Virus record (IMG/VR): IMGVR_UViG_3300047546_003009
From: a virus
Taxonomy: Duplodnaviria > Heunggongvirae > Uroviricota > Caudoviricetes
Direction: 5' to 3' (one strand)
Length of the DNA stretch: 64,000 nt
Shown: positions 46,491-56,224 of the stretch, one piece after another
Position numbering within the stretch: position 1 is the stretch's first letter
Layout of the letters: every line of letters starts with the position of its first letter
Translations under genes and position numbers: made by a program
Notes under the pieces: generated by a model
What the model was told of the DNA's origin: nothing
The model's database searches: none
What the model saw: the letters and a program-made list of their open reading frames with translations, nothing else

Positions 46491-48077
46491 CTATGCTACA
46501 CGTTGAATTAAGTGAACCCAGAATGGGTTACTACCCTCACCAATACCAGGAGCATAACCACTGAAACCGCGAAGTCTCCAGGTTCCCGATAATGCTGACC
46601 CTCCACTACCAGCCGCGTAGCTTGTAGCCATATAAGAACCCCCAATATTTGCGGGATAATAATTACTTGAACCCACATAAGGAGTTACTGTACCTGTAAG
46701 ATCTCCAGCACTTGTATTTTCTCGCCACAATGTCAGGTATGTCCCCACAGCATAATCGGTTGTACTTGATGAAGAACTATTATCTATTGCGACCGTTCCC
46801 GTAGGTCCTGTTGGGCCTGTTGGCCCTGGAGGACCACTTGGTCCTGTTGCACCAGTAGGTCCGGTTGGCCCTGGAGGACCACTTGGTCCTGTAGGGCCTG
46901 TTGCACCAGTTGGTCCTGTAGGTCCAGGTGCACCAGTTGGTCCTGTGGGCCCGGTTGGTCCCGTTGGTCCCGTTGGTCCTGCTGCTAGTGCGATTGATGT
47001 TGCACTTGTTACACGACCAGTTGTATCAATAGCAAACTGAGCGTGATGTGTATTATTTCCATATGTTGCTGCAGAAACACCTGAAGCTGGCAGCCTTGAT
47101 GAACTCAATGTACCAGTTGAAATGTTTGTAGCATTTGATGCATATGTAACAGCATTTGAGTACGCGCTTGTTGCAGCGGATTGTGCTGATGCTGCTCTTG
47201 TGTTTGCATCAACCGCGACATCGTATGCAGTTTTGACAGCGTTTGGTGTTGCTGCGTAAATAGACGTGCTAGTGTTTGACACCGAGTCGAGCAGTATTAC
47301 AGCACCATTTGCTGTTGTGTTTGACTGCGGTAATCTTGCAGGGCTTACCGTTCCCGATGAAAGGTTTGTCGCGTTAGTATAGTAAGAAGCAGGCTGTCCA
47401 CCAAGGTTTGTTGTATTGTTAGCTGTATATGATTGACCAGTAAAGACTGTTGAATTTATCGTATTACCACCAACACTAACGGTTGTTGTATTAATTGATA
47501 TCGATGCACCAACAGAAACAACATTGGAAGCCTTGAGATCGTAAGCACTAACAGACTGCCATCTATTTGTGGTATTTCCCAACAAGTATAAGTTGTCTGT
47601 AACAGGAATATAATCACCGTTAGCAGAACCAGAAATAGAGAAGTTGCCAACAACTATAAGATCATTTGCAACGCGGATGTTTGTGACGTTAGCCGTTCCA
47701 GAAATTACAGCTCCATTGCCAGTAAACAGACCTGTTACTGATAGAGTATTTGCAATAGTTACGGCACCATTGACTGTAACTGTGTTACCAAGCGTCGTTG
47801 TGCTTAAAACACTTAGTGTGCCGTTTGTTGTAATACCACTACCAGAAACTGTGGTGTTTGATGTCGAGTTACCAATTGTAACTGAGCTGATAGTAATAAC
47901 AGCATTCTGTGTTGAATTACCAACAAACAAAGACGAGGTGTTTAGAGAAACATTAGCGCCAACATTAACAGCAGAAGAAATATTTGCTGTTCCTGTGACT
48001 TGTAAATTGCCAGATGCTACATTTGCACCATTGATAACCTCTAAACCATTTTCTACCTTGAATACTGAATTAGCCAT
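46491..48077 (-). CDS. Collagen-like tail fibre
   Basis: N/S/T-rich N-terminal half, 20 G-X-Y triplets, short C-terminal globular tip (GTWRLRG). Confidence 0.8.
   Translation of the reverse strand: MANSVFKVENGLEVINGANVASGNLQVTGTANISSAVNVGANVSLNTSSLFVGNSTQNAVITISSVTIGNSTSNTTVSGSGITTNGTLSVLSTTTLGNTVTVNGAVTIANTLSVTGLFTGNGAVISGTANVTNIRVANDLIVVGNFSISGSANGDYIPVTDNLYLLGNTTNRWQSVSAYDLKASNVVSVGASISINTTTVSVGGNTINSTVFTGQSYTANNTTNLGGQPASYYTNATNLSSGTVSPARLPQSNTTANGAVILLDSVSNTSTSIYAATPNAVKTAYDVAVDANTRAASAQSAATSAYSNAVTYASNATNISTGTLSSSRLPASGVSAATYGNNTHHAQFAIDTTGRVTSATSIALAAGPTGPTGPTGPTGPTGAPGPTGPTGATGPTGPSGPPGPTGPTGATGPSGPPGPTGPTGPTGTVAIDNSSSSSTTDYAVGTYLTLWRENTSAGDLTGTVTPYVGSSNYYPANIGGSYMATSYAAGSGGSALSGTWRLRGFSGYAPGIGEGSNPFWVHLIQRVA
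46800..46979 (-). repeat. Collagen G-X-Y repeat (13 GPT, 2 GAT, 2 GPS, 2 GPP, 1 GAP)
   Basis: Read from the translation; includes an exact 29-bp direct repeat at 46819-46847 and 46864-46892. Confidence 0.95.
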
Positions 48078-48088
48078 TCTTTTCTACT

Positions 48089-48883
48089 CTACTTTATAAG
48101 GTTAGCAACAACTTTAACAGATTGATTCTGCGATGCTTGAGTGTACCCAACAATCACATGCGTTGCATTTGTGGTAGCGCTAAAGGAACCTAAGTTAATT
48201 GTTGAAGGAGCTCTAACAACACCATACACCGTAAGTTGGGCTGTGTTTGTTGTGGTATCATGCGCAACTAATATTTCACTAATGCTTGTGTTTGTTCCCT
48301 TCTTAGCCTGTGCTGTTAGTTTTCCAGAAGAAAAACCCGACTTACTAAACGAGAGCACTTCTAGAGCTGAGGATGTGTCTGTTCCCAGATCCGTATTTGA
48401 TATTACAATAACGCTTAAATCCGTTTTAATGGTAAGATTGCTATTGATGTTAACACCATCAAACGTAATAGTATTAGCTGTTACTGTAACTGTGTTAGCT
48501 GGAATTGATAAAGTATTACCTGTTAATGTTATATTAGTAGCATTGGTAAAACTGTTAGCACCCTGCACATGAACATTTGTATTTAAATAAACTGATGTGG
48601 CTAGAGAATTTACAGTAAACGTGTTGCCTACAACAACATTTGAGGTTATACTTAGTGTGTTAGACGATTGAACATTGCCACCTCTGAGTTGACCTGGTGC
48701 ACAAATTGTGTTTGAGCCAAAGATGCCGATGACAAAACCATTACCTGTTGTCAGCGATCCATTTGCTTGTGTGTTTGCTGTTACAATCTCATTAGTCAGA
48801 GCATCCAGGAGGATATTGGTTTTAGTAACCCATCCGTTGAATGTATCTGTTGCTATGTTTACATTAGCTACCGACTTTGCCAT
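48089..48883 (-). CDS. Virion fibre/baseplate-associated protein (264 aa)
   Basis: DTFNGWVTKTN N-terminus; C-terminal domain resembles the C-terminus of the 1280-aa fibre. Confidence 0.65.
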   Translation of the reverse strand: MAKSVANVNIATDTFNGWVTKTNILLDALTNEIVTANTQANGSLTTGNGFVIGIFGSNTICAPGQLRGGNVQSSNTLSITSNVVVGNTFTVNSLATSVYLNTNVHVQGANSFTNATNITLTGNTLSIPANTVTVTANTITFDGVNINSNLTIKTDLSVIVISNTDLGTDTSSALEVLSFSKSGFSSGKLTAQAKKGTNTSISEILVAHDTTTNTAQLTVYGVVRAPSTINLGSFSATTNATHVIVGYTQASQNQSVKVVANLIK

Positions 48884-48886
48884 GTA

Positions 48887-49096
48887 TTAACCCTGTTTTT
48901 CTAAGACCCTATTAAGTAGGTCCTTAAGTTGATTTAAATCTTGTTTGAGAGAATCGACCTCGTTTGTAAGCTTTTGCACCTTGAGCTTCTCTTCTCTCAT
49001 TAACTTGTAATTCTTAAACGATTCTATATCCGTATTTATCACAGCCATAGAATCAGTATCCCGGACATATCCGGGATTTTCTGTTTTAACAAACAT
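48887..49096 (-). CDS. Conserved small coiled-coil hypothetical protein
   Basis: YVRD..SMAVINTD...Y...R...EVDSLKQDL..LK.LL, typical downstream of DUF4815 genes. Confidence 0.7.
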   Translation of the reverse strand: MFVKTENPGYVRDTDSMAVINTDIESFKNYKLMREEKLKVQKLTNEVDSLKQDLNQLKDLLNRVLEKQG

Positions 49097-51162
49097 TATG
49101 CTGAAACTGCAATTGCTCTAACATCTTTGACGAGTGGCGCGCGCCACGTGTTCTCGGAAAGCAGAACAATTTTAATTAAAAACTGGTTGTACGTATCGAG
49201 CGGTGACATATCAGCCGTGTAGTATCTAACCACGTTACGATTTTGTGGGTTAATAAATGCTGAATTTTTATTTGTTTCAGAAACCAACTCAATCTTAACA
49301 GCACCATTAAATGACGTATTTGATACCGTATCTGCTACGGTAATCGATGAGGAATTTGCAGCAGTTACCAACGACACAAAGAAATTATTTGGTGAACCTT
49401 CTTGGTAAACTCTCACCAAAGATGAACTAGCTGTCACATTACCAGACAAATCGCTAGTTGTTCTAATAATTGTGTTTGGTGTTGTAATAGAGCCATAACC
49501 ACTCAATGCTGTGCCATCATTATGATAAAATGGAATGCGGAACTCTTTCTCAACCGTATCATTTTTGTTTACTGATGAGCTAGTGTAGGTAATTGGATTA
49601 ACTTCTTCGAGCGGAGTCCAATTTTTCTGGTCTGCTGTCTCGTAATCTTGAGCGCTAATTAATTTGCCATAAAGTTTTATTGATGTTCCTGTTGGCTGAT
49701 ATACATTCACATAAACGCGAAGATCTTCTGCCTCTTGCTCATTTCCCAATGTAACCTTCTTGGAAATATAACGCGATGAAGCATTACCACTACCTTTTTC
49801 CTCATCAGTAGCATCGTTGTTAATAATGTAGCGATAAACAAGAATATCCAGGTCAGATTCTTCAATGTAGGGTGACGTATATTTGTTTGTCGTGGTGAAC
49901 GACAGTGCACCATTGACGCTCACGTTACCAGAGAACAGATTTGTTGTGGTGTTTGCTGCAATCAGTGATTTTGAACCAATGATAGCATCATATGCATCTA
50001 CAAACTGTCTTTTTGCAATAGGAATGTTTACATACGATGAACCAGAAATATCATACAAGCTATTCGCAAACATTATCTGCGTGTTTGTCGATGTAAAACC
50101 AGGTTCAACAACATTAAACTGGGATGTAACACGGCCAAGGTCAAAATTCTTCATTGACTCAATCTTGGCTTGCACACCTGAGTCTTCACCCTTTACAAAA
50201 TCATTATTTGCAAAGTAATATGTCGAGTTTGCGTTGGAATCAGAAAGAATCAGATGGTCTGACTTCTTGTCAAACATATAGACTTTAGCAACAGCTGTTT
50301 TATAGTGTGCAATACCTGTTGCATTGGTGATTGGTGGCAGCTCATCAATCACCATCGACGTTGAATTGGTGACAGAAGATACAACGCGAATAAACGTATT
50401 ACCAGTTGTTCCATCAGAAAATACTACATAATCACCAGCAGCGTAAACAGAGTTGTAGGATGTTCCACTACCTGTTACTGTTAATGAAGAACTATTAACT
50501 ATAGCATTGCCAGTCTGCGGAGACGTGTTTTTGTAAACATATTCACCGGTTTTAAAATTACCGGTAATGGAATTTGCAAAATACTTGAACAGCTCATATG
50601 GCTTTTCATCAAATACAAATGAGCTTGATAGTGATGAAAACTTAGCTATATTAACTTTGAATTTTAAATCGGCCGATGCAGTTTTTGTCAGCACATTACC
50701 ATTAGTGATTTGGTAAAAATTACCATCGTTGTAGCCAGAATTTAGTGATGCAGAAACGTTAGTGTTGACATAGTTGTCTCCACTCTGCCCCCACCACATT
50801 TTGAAATCGTTATCACTACCATCAATTGAAACTAAGAAGGCATACTGAGCATCTGTTGCAATAAGTACAGGCCGCGTAAACGTGAACTTCGTTGATGTAG
50901 ATGCATCCTCACTTTCAACTATTGAATCCCATTCGACGCGAGCTCTTGAAGTTGTAATTACCTTATCAACATCAGGCTGCTCATTTTTCATCGGGCAGAG
51001 ATATACAGAAACACCTGGTTTGTAAATTCCCGTCTTGCTTGCCCCAGCATCTGGTTTTTGCAAAAAGTAGAGATCAATACTTGTTATATGTATTGCGGCC
51101 GCACCGTCGACAGCGTTTTTGTCAACGTAGAATGATTGTGCAAAATCAAATTGTGTTACCAT
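49096..51162 (-). CDS. Virion structural protein (C-terminal part of DUF4815/VrlC-like family)
   Basis: FAQSFYV..ITSIDLYF, YISKKVTL...AEDLRVYV, F.IKIVLLS...P.VKDVRAIAV. Confidence 0.7.
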   Translation of the reverse strand: MVTQFDFAQSFYVDKNAVDGAAAIHITSIDLYFLQKPDAGASKTGIYKPGVSVYLCPMKNEQPDVDKVITTSRARVEWDSIVESEDASTSTKFTFTRPVLIATDAQYAFLVSIDGSDNDFKMWWGQSGDNYVNTNVSASLNSGYNDGNFYQITNGNVLTKTASADLKFKVNIAKFSSLSSSFVFDEKPYELFKYFANSITGNFKTGEYVYKNTSPQTGNAIVNSSSLTVTGSGTSYNSVYAAGDYVVFSDGTTGNTFIRVVSSVTNSTSMVIDELPPITNATGIAHYKTAVAKVYMFDKKSDHLILSDSNANSTYYFANNDFVKGEDSGVQAKIESMKNFDLGRVTSQFNVVEPGFTSTNTQIMFANSLYDISGSSYVNIPIAKRQFVDAYDAIIGSKSLIAANTTTNLFSGNVSVNGALSFTTTNKYTSPYIEESDLDILVYRYIINNDATDEEKGSGNASSRYISKKVTLGNEQEAEDLRVYVNVYQPTGTSIKLYGKLISAQDYETADQKNWTPLEEVNPITYTSSSVNKNDTVEKEFRIPFYHNDGTALSGYGSITTPNTIIRTTSDLSGNVTASSSLVRVYQEGSPNNFFVSLVTAANSSSITVADTVSNTSFNGAVKIELVSETNKNSAFINPQNRNVVRYYTADMSPLDTYNQFLIKIVLLSENTWRAPLVKDVRAIAVSA

Positions 51163-51176
51163 TTAATCCCTCTTGG

Positions 51177-51767
51177 CTAATCTGAATCACCACCGCCACC
51201 ACGGCGACGGTAGTAAGAATTATCATCATCACTGTAGTTCCACGTTGAATCTCTTTCTCCCGAAATTTCAACAGCATTTGGTGGGTATGCAAAAGAGTAG
51301 TTGGTTTTGACCGGCAGCTCACTTATCTTCGTGGTTTTAAACACTATGTTTTTTCTACCATATGAAGTGTATGCTTCTTCGTAATTATCAGGAAGCTGAT
51401 CATCTGTTGAATTTACAACAGCCAGTTCTTTATTGCCACCAACACGCTGTGCTATTTCATTGTAACGATCTGCTGAAGAAGTTGCTATAACATCTGACTG
51501 GTAATAAAACGTAAACTGTGCTTGGCCATTAATGTCAGTATACAGCGTATCACCTGCTTTACCGCCAACTGGTTTGATGTTTGTGCTTGGTACCTTCTTT
51601 CCCTCAAAGTACACCGAGTGGAGGGAAGATGGCATCAATCCATTAATGGTTACGGTAAATGCGCTTTGTTTAGCAACAAAAATGTAGTTGACATCTGGCG
51701 ACGTCGACTGACTTGCAACGCTGTAACCACCAGGTATTTCTGGAGAAGGTGTATTATTAACAGCCAT
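51177..51767 (-). CDS. Virion structural protein (middle part of DUF4815/VrlC-like family)
   Basis: FTVTINGLMPSSLHSVYFEG..V...LYTDINGQ resembles the GLKPNT.FY.FFDG segment of full-length homologues. Confidence 0.5.
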   Translation of the reverse strand: MAVNNTPSPEIPGGYSVASQSTSPDVNYIFVAKQSAFTVTINGLMPSSLHSVYFEGKKVPSTNIKPVGGKAGDTLYTDINGQAQFTFYYQSDVIATSSADRYNEIAQRVGGNKELAVVNSTDDQLPDNYEEAYTSYGRKNIVFKTTKISELPVKTNYSFAYPPNAVEISGERDSTWNYSDDDNSYYRRRGGGGDSD

Positions 51768-51769
51768 TT

Positions 51770-54700
51770 TTATATTTCCTTATCTTTTAAACCGGCCATT
51801 ACATAGAATGCTGCAAAAACACCACACATGGCTAAACCGATAAATGTGTTCTTTGTTTTTGATTGTTGCTTGTCTTTAAACAGCTTACCAATAAGTCGCG
51901 AAACTGCAAGGCCAGATTTCATGATCAGACGTCCAGCACGATTGTCCTTTTCATGCGCACCCATTATATATGCCATGTGGTAAGCCCATGGTAGCGCGAT
52001 TCTACGTGTCCAACGAATTGCCAATTCCTGCTGAGCTTCTGCACGCTTTTGTGGATCTCTAATCCAGAACATAAATTGAGGACCTTTCTGGTTCATCCAG
52101 TCAACAACAATTGATGCCCATTTAATGTAACCGTAATATGCGTCAGGATCAGTTGCTCTTAACATAGCACCAAACTTTTCATCGGCATCGTAAATATGTT
52201 GCGGCATTAAACCAAGCTCATACAGCTTTGTACAGATAATTGATCTACCACAGCTACCGTAGTTCGATGTTGGTTGGGCATGTTCAAGATTGAATACAAT
52301 GGACTGCTCGAGCATTGCTTCAACCTCAAATGCTGCAGGTTCTACAACCACTTCACCAACAAACTGACTTCTGATTCCATCGGAATATACTGCTCCAGTT
52401 GCTTTTGGCTGAGACACCAGCGTATATTCTGTATAAGGTAACATCAGAACATTGTTAGCAACTATTGCATTGTTGGTTGTTGCATCGGCACGCTTAAACC
52501 GAAGCTGCATGTTGATATGCATCTCCTCAGGATGCAATTCACCACGTTCAAAATCAATATAGCTTGCAAACTCTTTATGCGACTCGTCAACCTTAACATT
52601 GTCAATGAAGCTATCAACAAAGAAACCATTCTTGAATCGATTTAACGTAGCGTCAAGGCTGCTTGGAATGTTAATCTTGTTGATCTCGTTTTCTAGTGAG
52701 TTAAATGAAGTCTGGTACTCAAGAGCTTTAATTCTATTTTCAAGATTTACAATATCACGCATTGAATACTGCATTGGTTGCATATTCTTTGCTGGTGTTG
52801 TAGTATCTGTTTGAATGATGTGCTTGACGTTTCTCTTGTTTGTTACACCAGAATCATTACCCACAAGGCGAGTCATGATTTGTGTTATTGTGTTAGAGGT
52901 AACAGCACCAATTGAAGGATATGGTGGAACATTCAGCACGCCAAGCGACATAGTTTCAAATGGCGCTGCTGGTGCTTTCAATGCATTTGTTCCTGAAAGA
53001 CCATTAATCACTTTAAACTGGCCATTACGATCGACAACAACTCTATCACGTCTTGCAAGATAATACTCGGTGTTGTATTCAAATACACTATCAACAACAG
53101 GGAAGTATTTTGTTGTAGTATCAAACGAGTTAGTATCTGATGGGTTTACTGTAGCTGAAGCTGCAGCGTTAGTAACTGTTGCAGTTGCAGTAACCACTGG
53201 TCTAAAGTCAATAGCATTTCTCAGATCAATTTCATTATACTCAGGAATTTCAAGAGTGTTAATAGTATTAACTGAATTTGCTAATGTTTTAGAATCATCA
53301 ATGTTAAATGAACTTACAGTTTTATATCCACCAGCTGCAGAGTGTTGCAATACATCAAACTTAACAAGCAGGTAATCCGAGCTTTGCAAGGCAAGCGAGG
53401 AATCATTTTGCTTAACCAGACGAGAAAGCTTATAGCTGTCATCTGTTTGACCGTTATGGATGTAGAAGTTCTTTGTAACTTCTGGGTATGTTGCATCAAC
53501 ACTTGAGTTACCAAGATACACGTTTTTCAGTCTGATAGCATCAGGAACACCTAGAGACCATGGTCCAACAGTGTTTGCTGCATTGTTTGCTAATCTAAGT
53601 TTGACAAAACAGTCGCGATATACGCTACGTGTTACTTGTGGGGCAGTACTTCTTACAGTATATGTTGCCAACATCGTTGTACCAGAACCTGTAATGCTTG
53701 TTGCCAGGTTTGCGTACATTACTGTTGAATTGGCAGAAATATTAATGTAGCGAGAATCACGTGAGATGAAATTCAGTGGGCGGAATGCTGGGAAGAACAA
53801 CATAACATTAGCTGTTATAGTGTTCATCGTCGTAGCATTTGAGCTCAGTGTTGCAAGTGTGTTGTTGGAGATTGAAGAGATTCTAAACACTTGGTTAGCT
53901 GTTGTATTTGCTACCTTGATATAATCCCCAACACGTAGATCATTAATGAAGGAAGTGCTCGTACCAACAACTGAGTTATTTGTTACAACAACACTACCAC
54001 TAAGATTTGCCGAGGCCTGAAGGTTTGCTGTTGGAACAACGATAACGTCTTCTTCCTGGCTTGCTGATAAGTTAGCCGATGGTGTGTAAGGGAACGATTC
54101 ACCAGATGTTGAAAGCGAAATAGTAACAGCACCATTCGAATCAATTGTCAATGATTCACTTGTTGATCTATATGTGAAGCTTGCACTGTTGACAACTTTA
54201 AGAGCTGAGAAGCTGGTTGGGAATACTAGCTTCTTGTCTGTTGCCTGTTTGAGTACTGCTACATTACTATTGAGCGTAGCATCAAGCTCGAGATTGCAAT
54301 CTGCAACAGCATCGGCACTGCCGGCACCATTGTAGTAAATTGACTTGACATCACGGAAGTTTTTACCTGCATTCATTGAAATGTCAAACAGGTAAAGCTC
54401 GTAGAGAGCCTCAGCAGAACCTACTACACCCGAGTTATACTGGATAGATCTAATTCTTGCTGTACCAATCTCAGCGCCTGGTGCTGAAATAGTAAACGAA
54501 GACAAGCTAGTAACAGCTTGAGCTGCAGTATCACGGAGAGAAACTGTTCCACCTGAAGCAGCGTTAAATGACCCCACAAGTTCTTTGATTAGAACGTAAG
54601 ATCCATAGCTGGCCGTAACAATCTGATCTTCTCTGATACGTGTTTCTGTAGCTTTGGGTACATTAATGATAGTGTTGCGAAGTGTCTCAACACGTGAACC

Positions 54701-56215
54701 CGATACATAACCAACACCAGGATCAACAACAACCTGGAAGTGCGTAGTATTTGGTGAAGTGTTTGATGAAGAGATTAACATCTCTCGTGACGAAACGCTG
54801 AATGGGTCAACAACATAGTCACCAGCAGATTCGTGTGTACGACGTTCAAACTCTTTAGCTAACGTGTTATAAACTGTTACACGGTTTTCTTTATATGGAT
54901 TTCCTTCAACAAACTCAACGAGAGGAAGGAATGAATTATTAGCCTCTGCCTCCTGTTTTGTGAGAACAACAAGAGCTGGATCAAGCTTGAGTCTATTTGC
55001 ACCAGGTGCTGCATAATTAGGCGCGCCAGTTGCATTGTCAAGCAGGCTTGTGTCTGAAATACTTGTAATAACTGATTCTGCCGTATCAAAACCAACTACA
55101 GCATTATTTGGTGCACTCGAGTACTTGTCAACCACAACAATTTGTGGGTTAACTTTTAAGAAATGACCTTTTTGATAAATTAGACCACCAGTAACACCAA
55201 AAGCGTAGCCGTTGCCAACAGGTGCAGTAACAGAGCTATTTGCAACTGTAATCGTTGTCAGATAGTTTTGCGAATCGAGGTTGAGCGTGTTGACAGCTGC
55301 AGTATTTGAAACCGGTTTAATCGTTGTATAAGGTGGTACAACATAGTTTGAACCACCAGATGTAACCTCAACAGATTGGACAATACCTTGGCTGTCGGTA
55401 ATAATTTCACCAACAGCACCACTACCAACTAAACTTACAACATTTGCTACAGCACCAGATGTTCCACCTGTGATATTGTAGCCAGATGTAAACGTCCATT
55501 CAGCTGAATTTGCTGATGTGTTTGACAGATCGACAGAAAGAGGTTTAATCTTTAGAACGAGTGTATTAGCAATAGCTGTTGCATTAACTTGCACAATCTG
55601 TGCTTGCGCACCAGTTGTTGATTGAGTAACTGTTTCTGCGTTTTGGAATGTTCCAGAGCTGACATTAACTGACAGAGCACTCAGAAACACCACGGAGTCA
55701 GAATTAGAAAAGTTTGAACCACCATTATTGACATTTACAGAGAATACAGGATAATCAACACTGAAAACAGTCAACGCTTCACTATTTGCAAACTTCGTCG
55801 CAGTCTTTGTTGAGCCACCGTTAAGGTAGCGCAAGTACAGTGTGTTTAAATCTGGATCACGTGACTCAACACCTGTTTTATAATTAATAACCTTAGCAAT
55901 CAGGTTTGATGAGTTCTTAACCCAGTAATTTGAGTAAGTAGCAAGATCAACAGGCTGGTTGGATGTATTAACATCCTTGATCTTGACGTAAGGATAAAAT
56001 GTCAGGTATTCAAAGTTACAACCACTTACGATTGTACCATTTTTGAATACGTGGTTGCCAAAACGCTCAATTTGGTTTTGGAGAATAGTCTGAAGCTGAT
56101 TCAGTTCACGAGTTTGAACGGCAACACCAGGTCTGAAAAGAACCTGATAAAATTGCTTTTCCTCATCGAAATCATCAAAATATGGTGATACGTTGAAATT
56201 TGTTTCAAGTGACAT
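51770..56215 (-). CDS. DUF4815/VrlC-like large virion protein with an extra C-terminal helical domain
   Basis: ETNFNVSPYFDDFD...VLFRPG.AVQTRELNQLQ, RT..ESGDYVV, RFKNGFFVDSF. Confidence 0.85.
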   Translation of the reverse strand: MSLETNFNVSPYFDDFDEEKQFYQVLFRPGVAVQTRELNQLQTILQNQIERFGNHVFKNGTIVSGCNFEYLTFYPYVKIKDVNTSNQPVDLATYSNYWVKNSSNLIAKVINYKTGVESRDPDLNTLYLRYLNGGSTKTATKFANSEALTVFSVDYPVFSVNVNNGGSNFSNSDSVVFLSALSVNVSSGTFQNAETVTQSTTGAQAQIVQVNATAIANTLVLKIKPLSVDLSNTSANSAEWTFTSGYNITGGTSGAVANVVSLVGSGAVGEIITDSQGIVQSVEVTSGGSNYVVPPYTTIKPVSNTAAVNTLNLDSQNYLTTITVANSSVTAPVGNGYAFGVTGGLIYQKGHFLKVNPQIVVVDKYSSAPNNAVVGFDTAESVITSISDTSLLDNATGAPNYAAPGANRLKLDPALVVLTKQEAEANNSFLPLVEFVEGNPYKENRVTVYNTLAKEFERRTHESAGDYVVDPFSVSSREMLISSSNTSPNTTHFQVVVDPGVGYVSGSRVETLRNTIINVPKATETRIREDQIVTASYGSYVLIKELVGSFNAASGGTVSLRDTAAQAVTSLSSFTISAPGAEIGTARIRSIQYNSGVVGSAEALYELYLFDISMNAGKNFRDVKSIYYNGAGSADAVADCNLELDATLNSNVAVLKQATDKKLVFPTSFSALKVVNSASFTYRSTSESLTIDSNGAVTISLSTSGESFPYTPSANLSASQEEDVIVVPTANLQASANLSGSVVVTNNSVVGTSTSFINDLRVGDYIKVANTTANQVFRISSISNNTLATLSSNATTMNTITANVMLFFPAFRPLNFISRDSRYINISANSTVMYANLATSITGSGTTMLATYTVRSTAPQVTRSVYRDCFVKLRLANNAANTVGPWSLGVPDAIRLKNVYLGNSSVDATYPEVTKNFYIHNGQTDDSYKLSRLVKQNDSSLALQSSDYLLVKFDVLQHSAAGGYKTVSSFNIDDSKTLANSVNTINTLEIPEYNEIDLRNAIDFRPVVTATATVTNAAASATVNPSDTNSFDTTTKYFPVVDSVFEYNTEYYLARRDRVVVDRNGQFKVINGLSGTNALKAPAAPFETMSLGVLNVPPYPSIGAVTSNTITQIMTRLVGNDSGVTNKRNVKHIIQTDTTTPAKNMQPMQYSMRDIVNLENRIKALEYQTSFNSLENEINKINIPSSLDATLNRFKNGFFVDSFIDNVKVDESHKEFASYIDFERGELHPEEMHINMQLRFKRADATTNNAIVANNVLMLPYTEYTLVSQPKATGAVYSDGIRSQFVGEVVVEPAAFEVEAMLEQSIVFNLEHAQPTSNYGSCGRSIICTKLYELGLMPQHIYDADEKFGAMLRATDPDAYYGYIKWASIVVDWMNQKGPQFMFWIRDPQKRAEAQQELAIRWTRRIALPWAYHMAYIMGAHEKDNRAGRLIMKSGLAVSRLIGKLFKDKQQSKTKNTFIGLAMCGVFAAFYVMAGLKDKEI

Positions 56216-56224
56216 ATATTCCTC

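Noticed and set aside
51770-52252. Intein/Hint domain at the C-terminus of the DUF4815 protein
   Set aside because: No Hint block A (CxxxGT), block B (TxxH) or terminal HN; composition is helical
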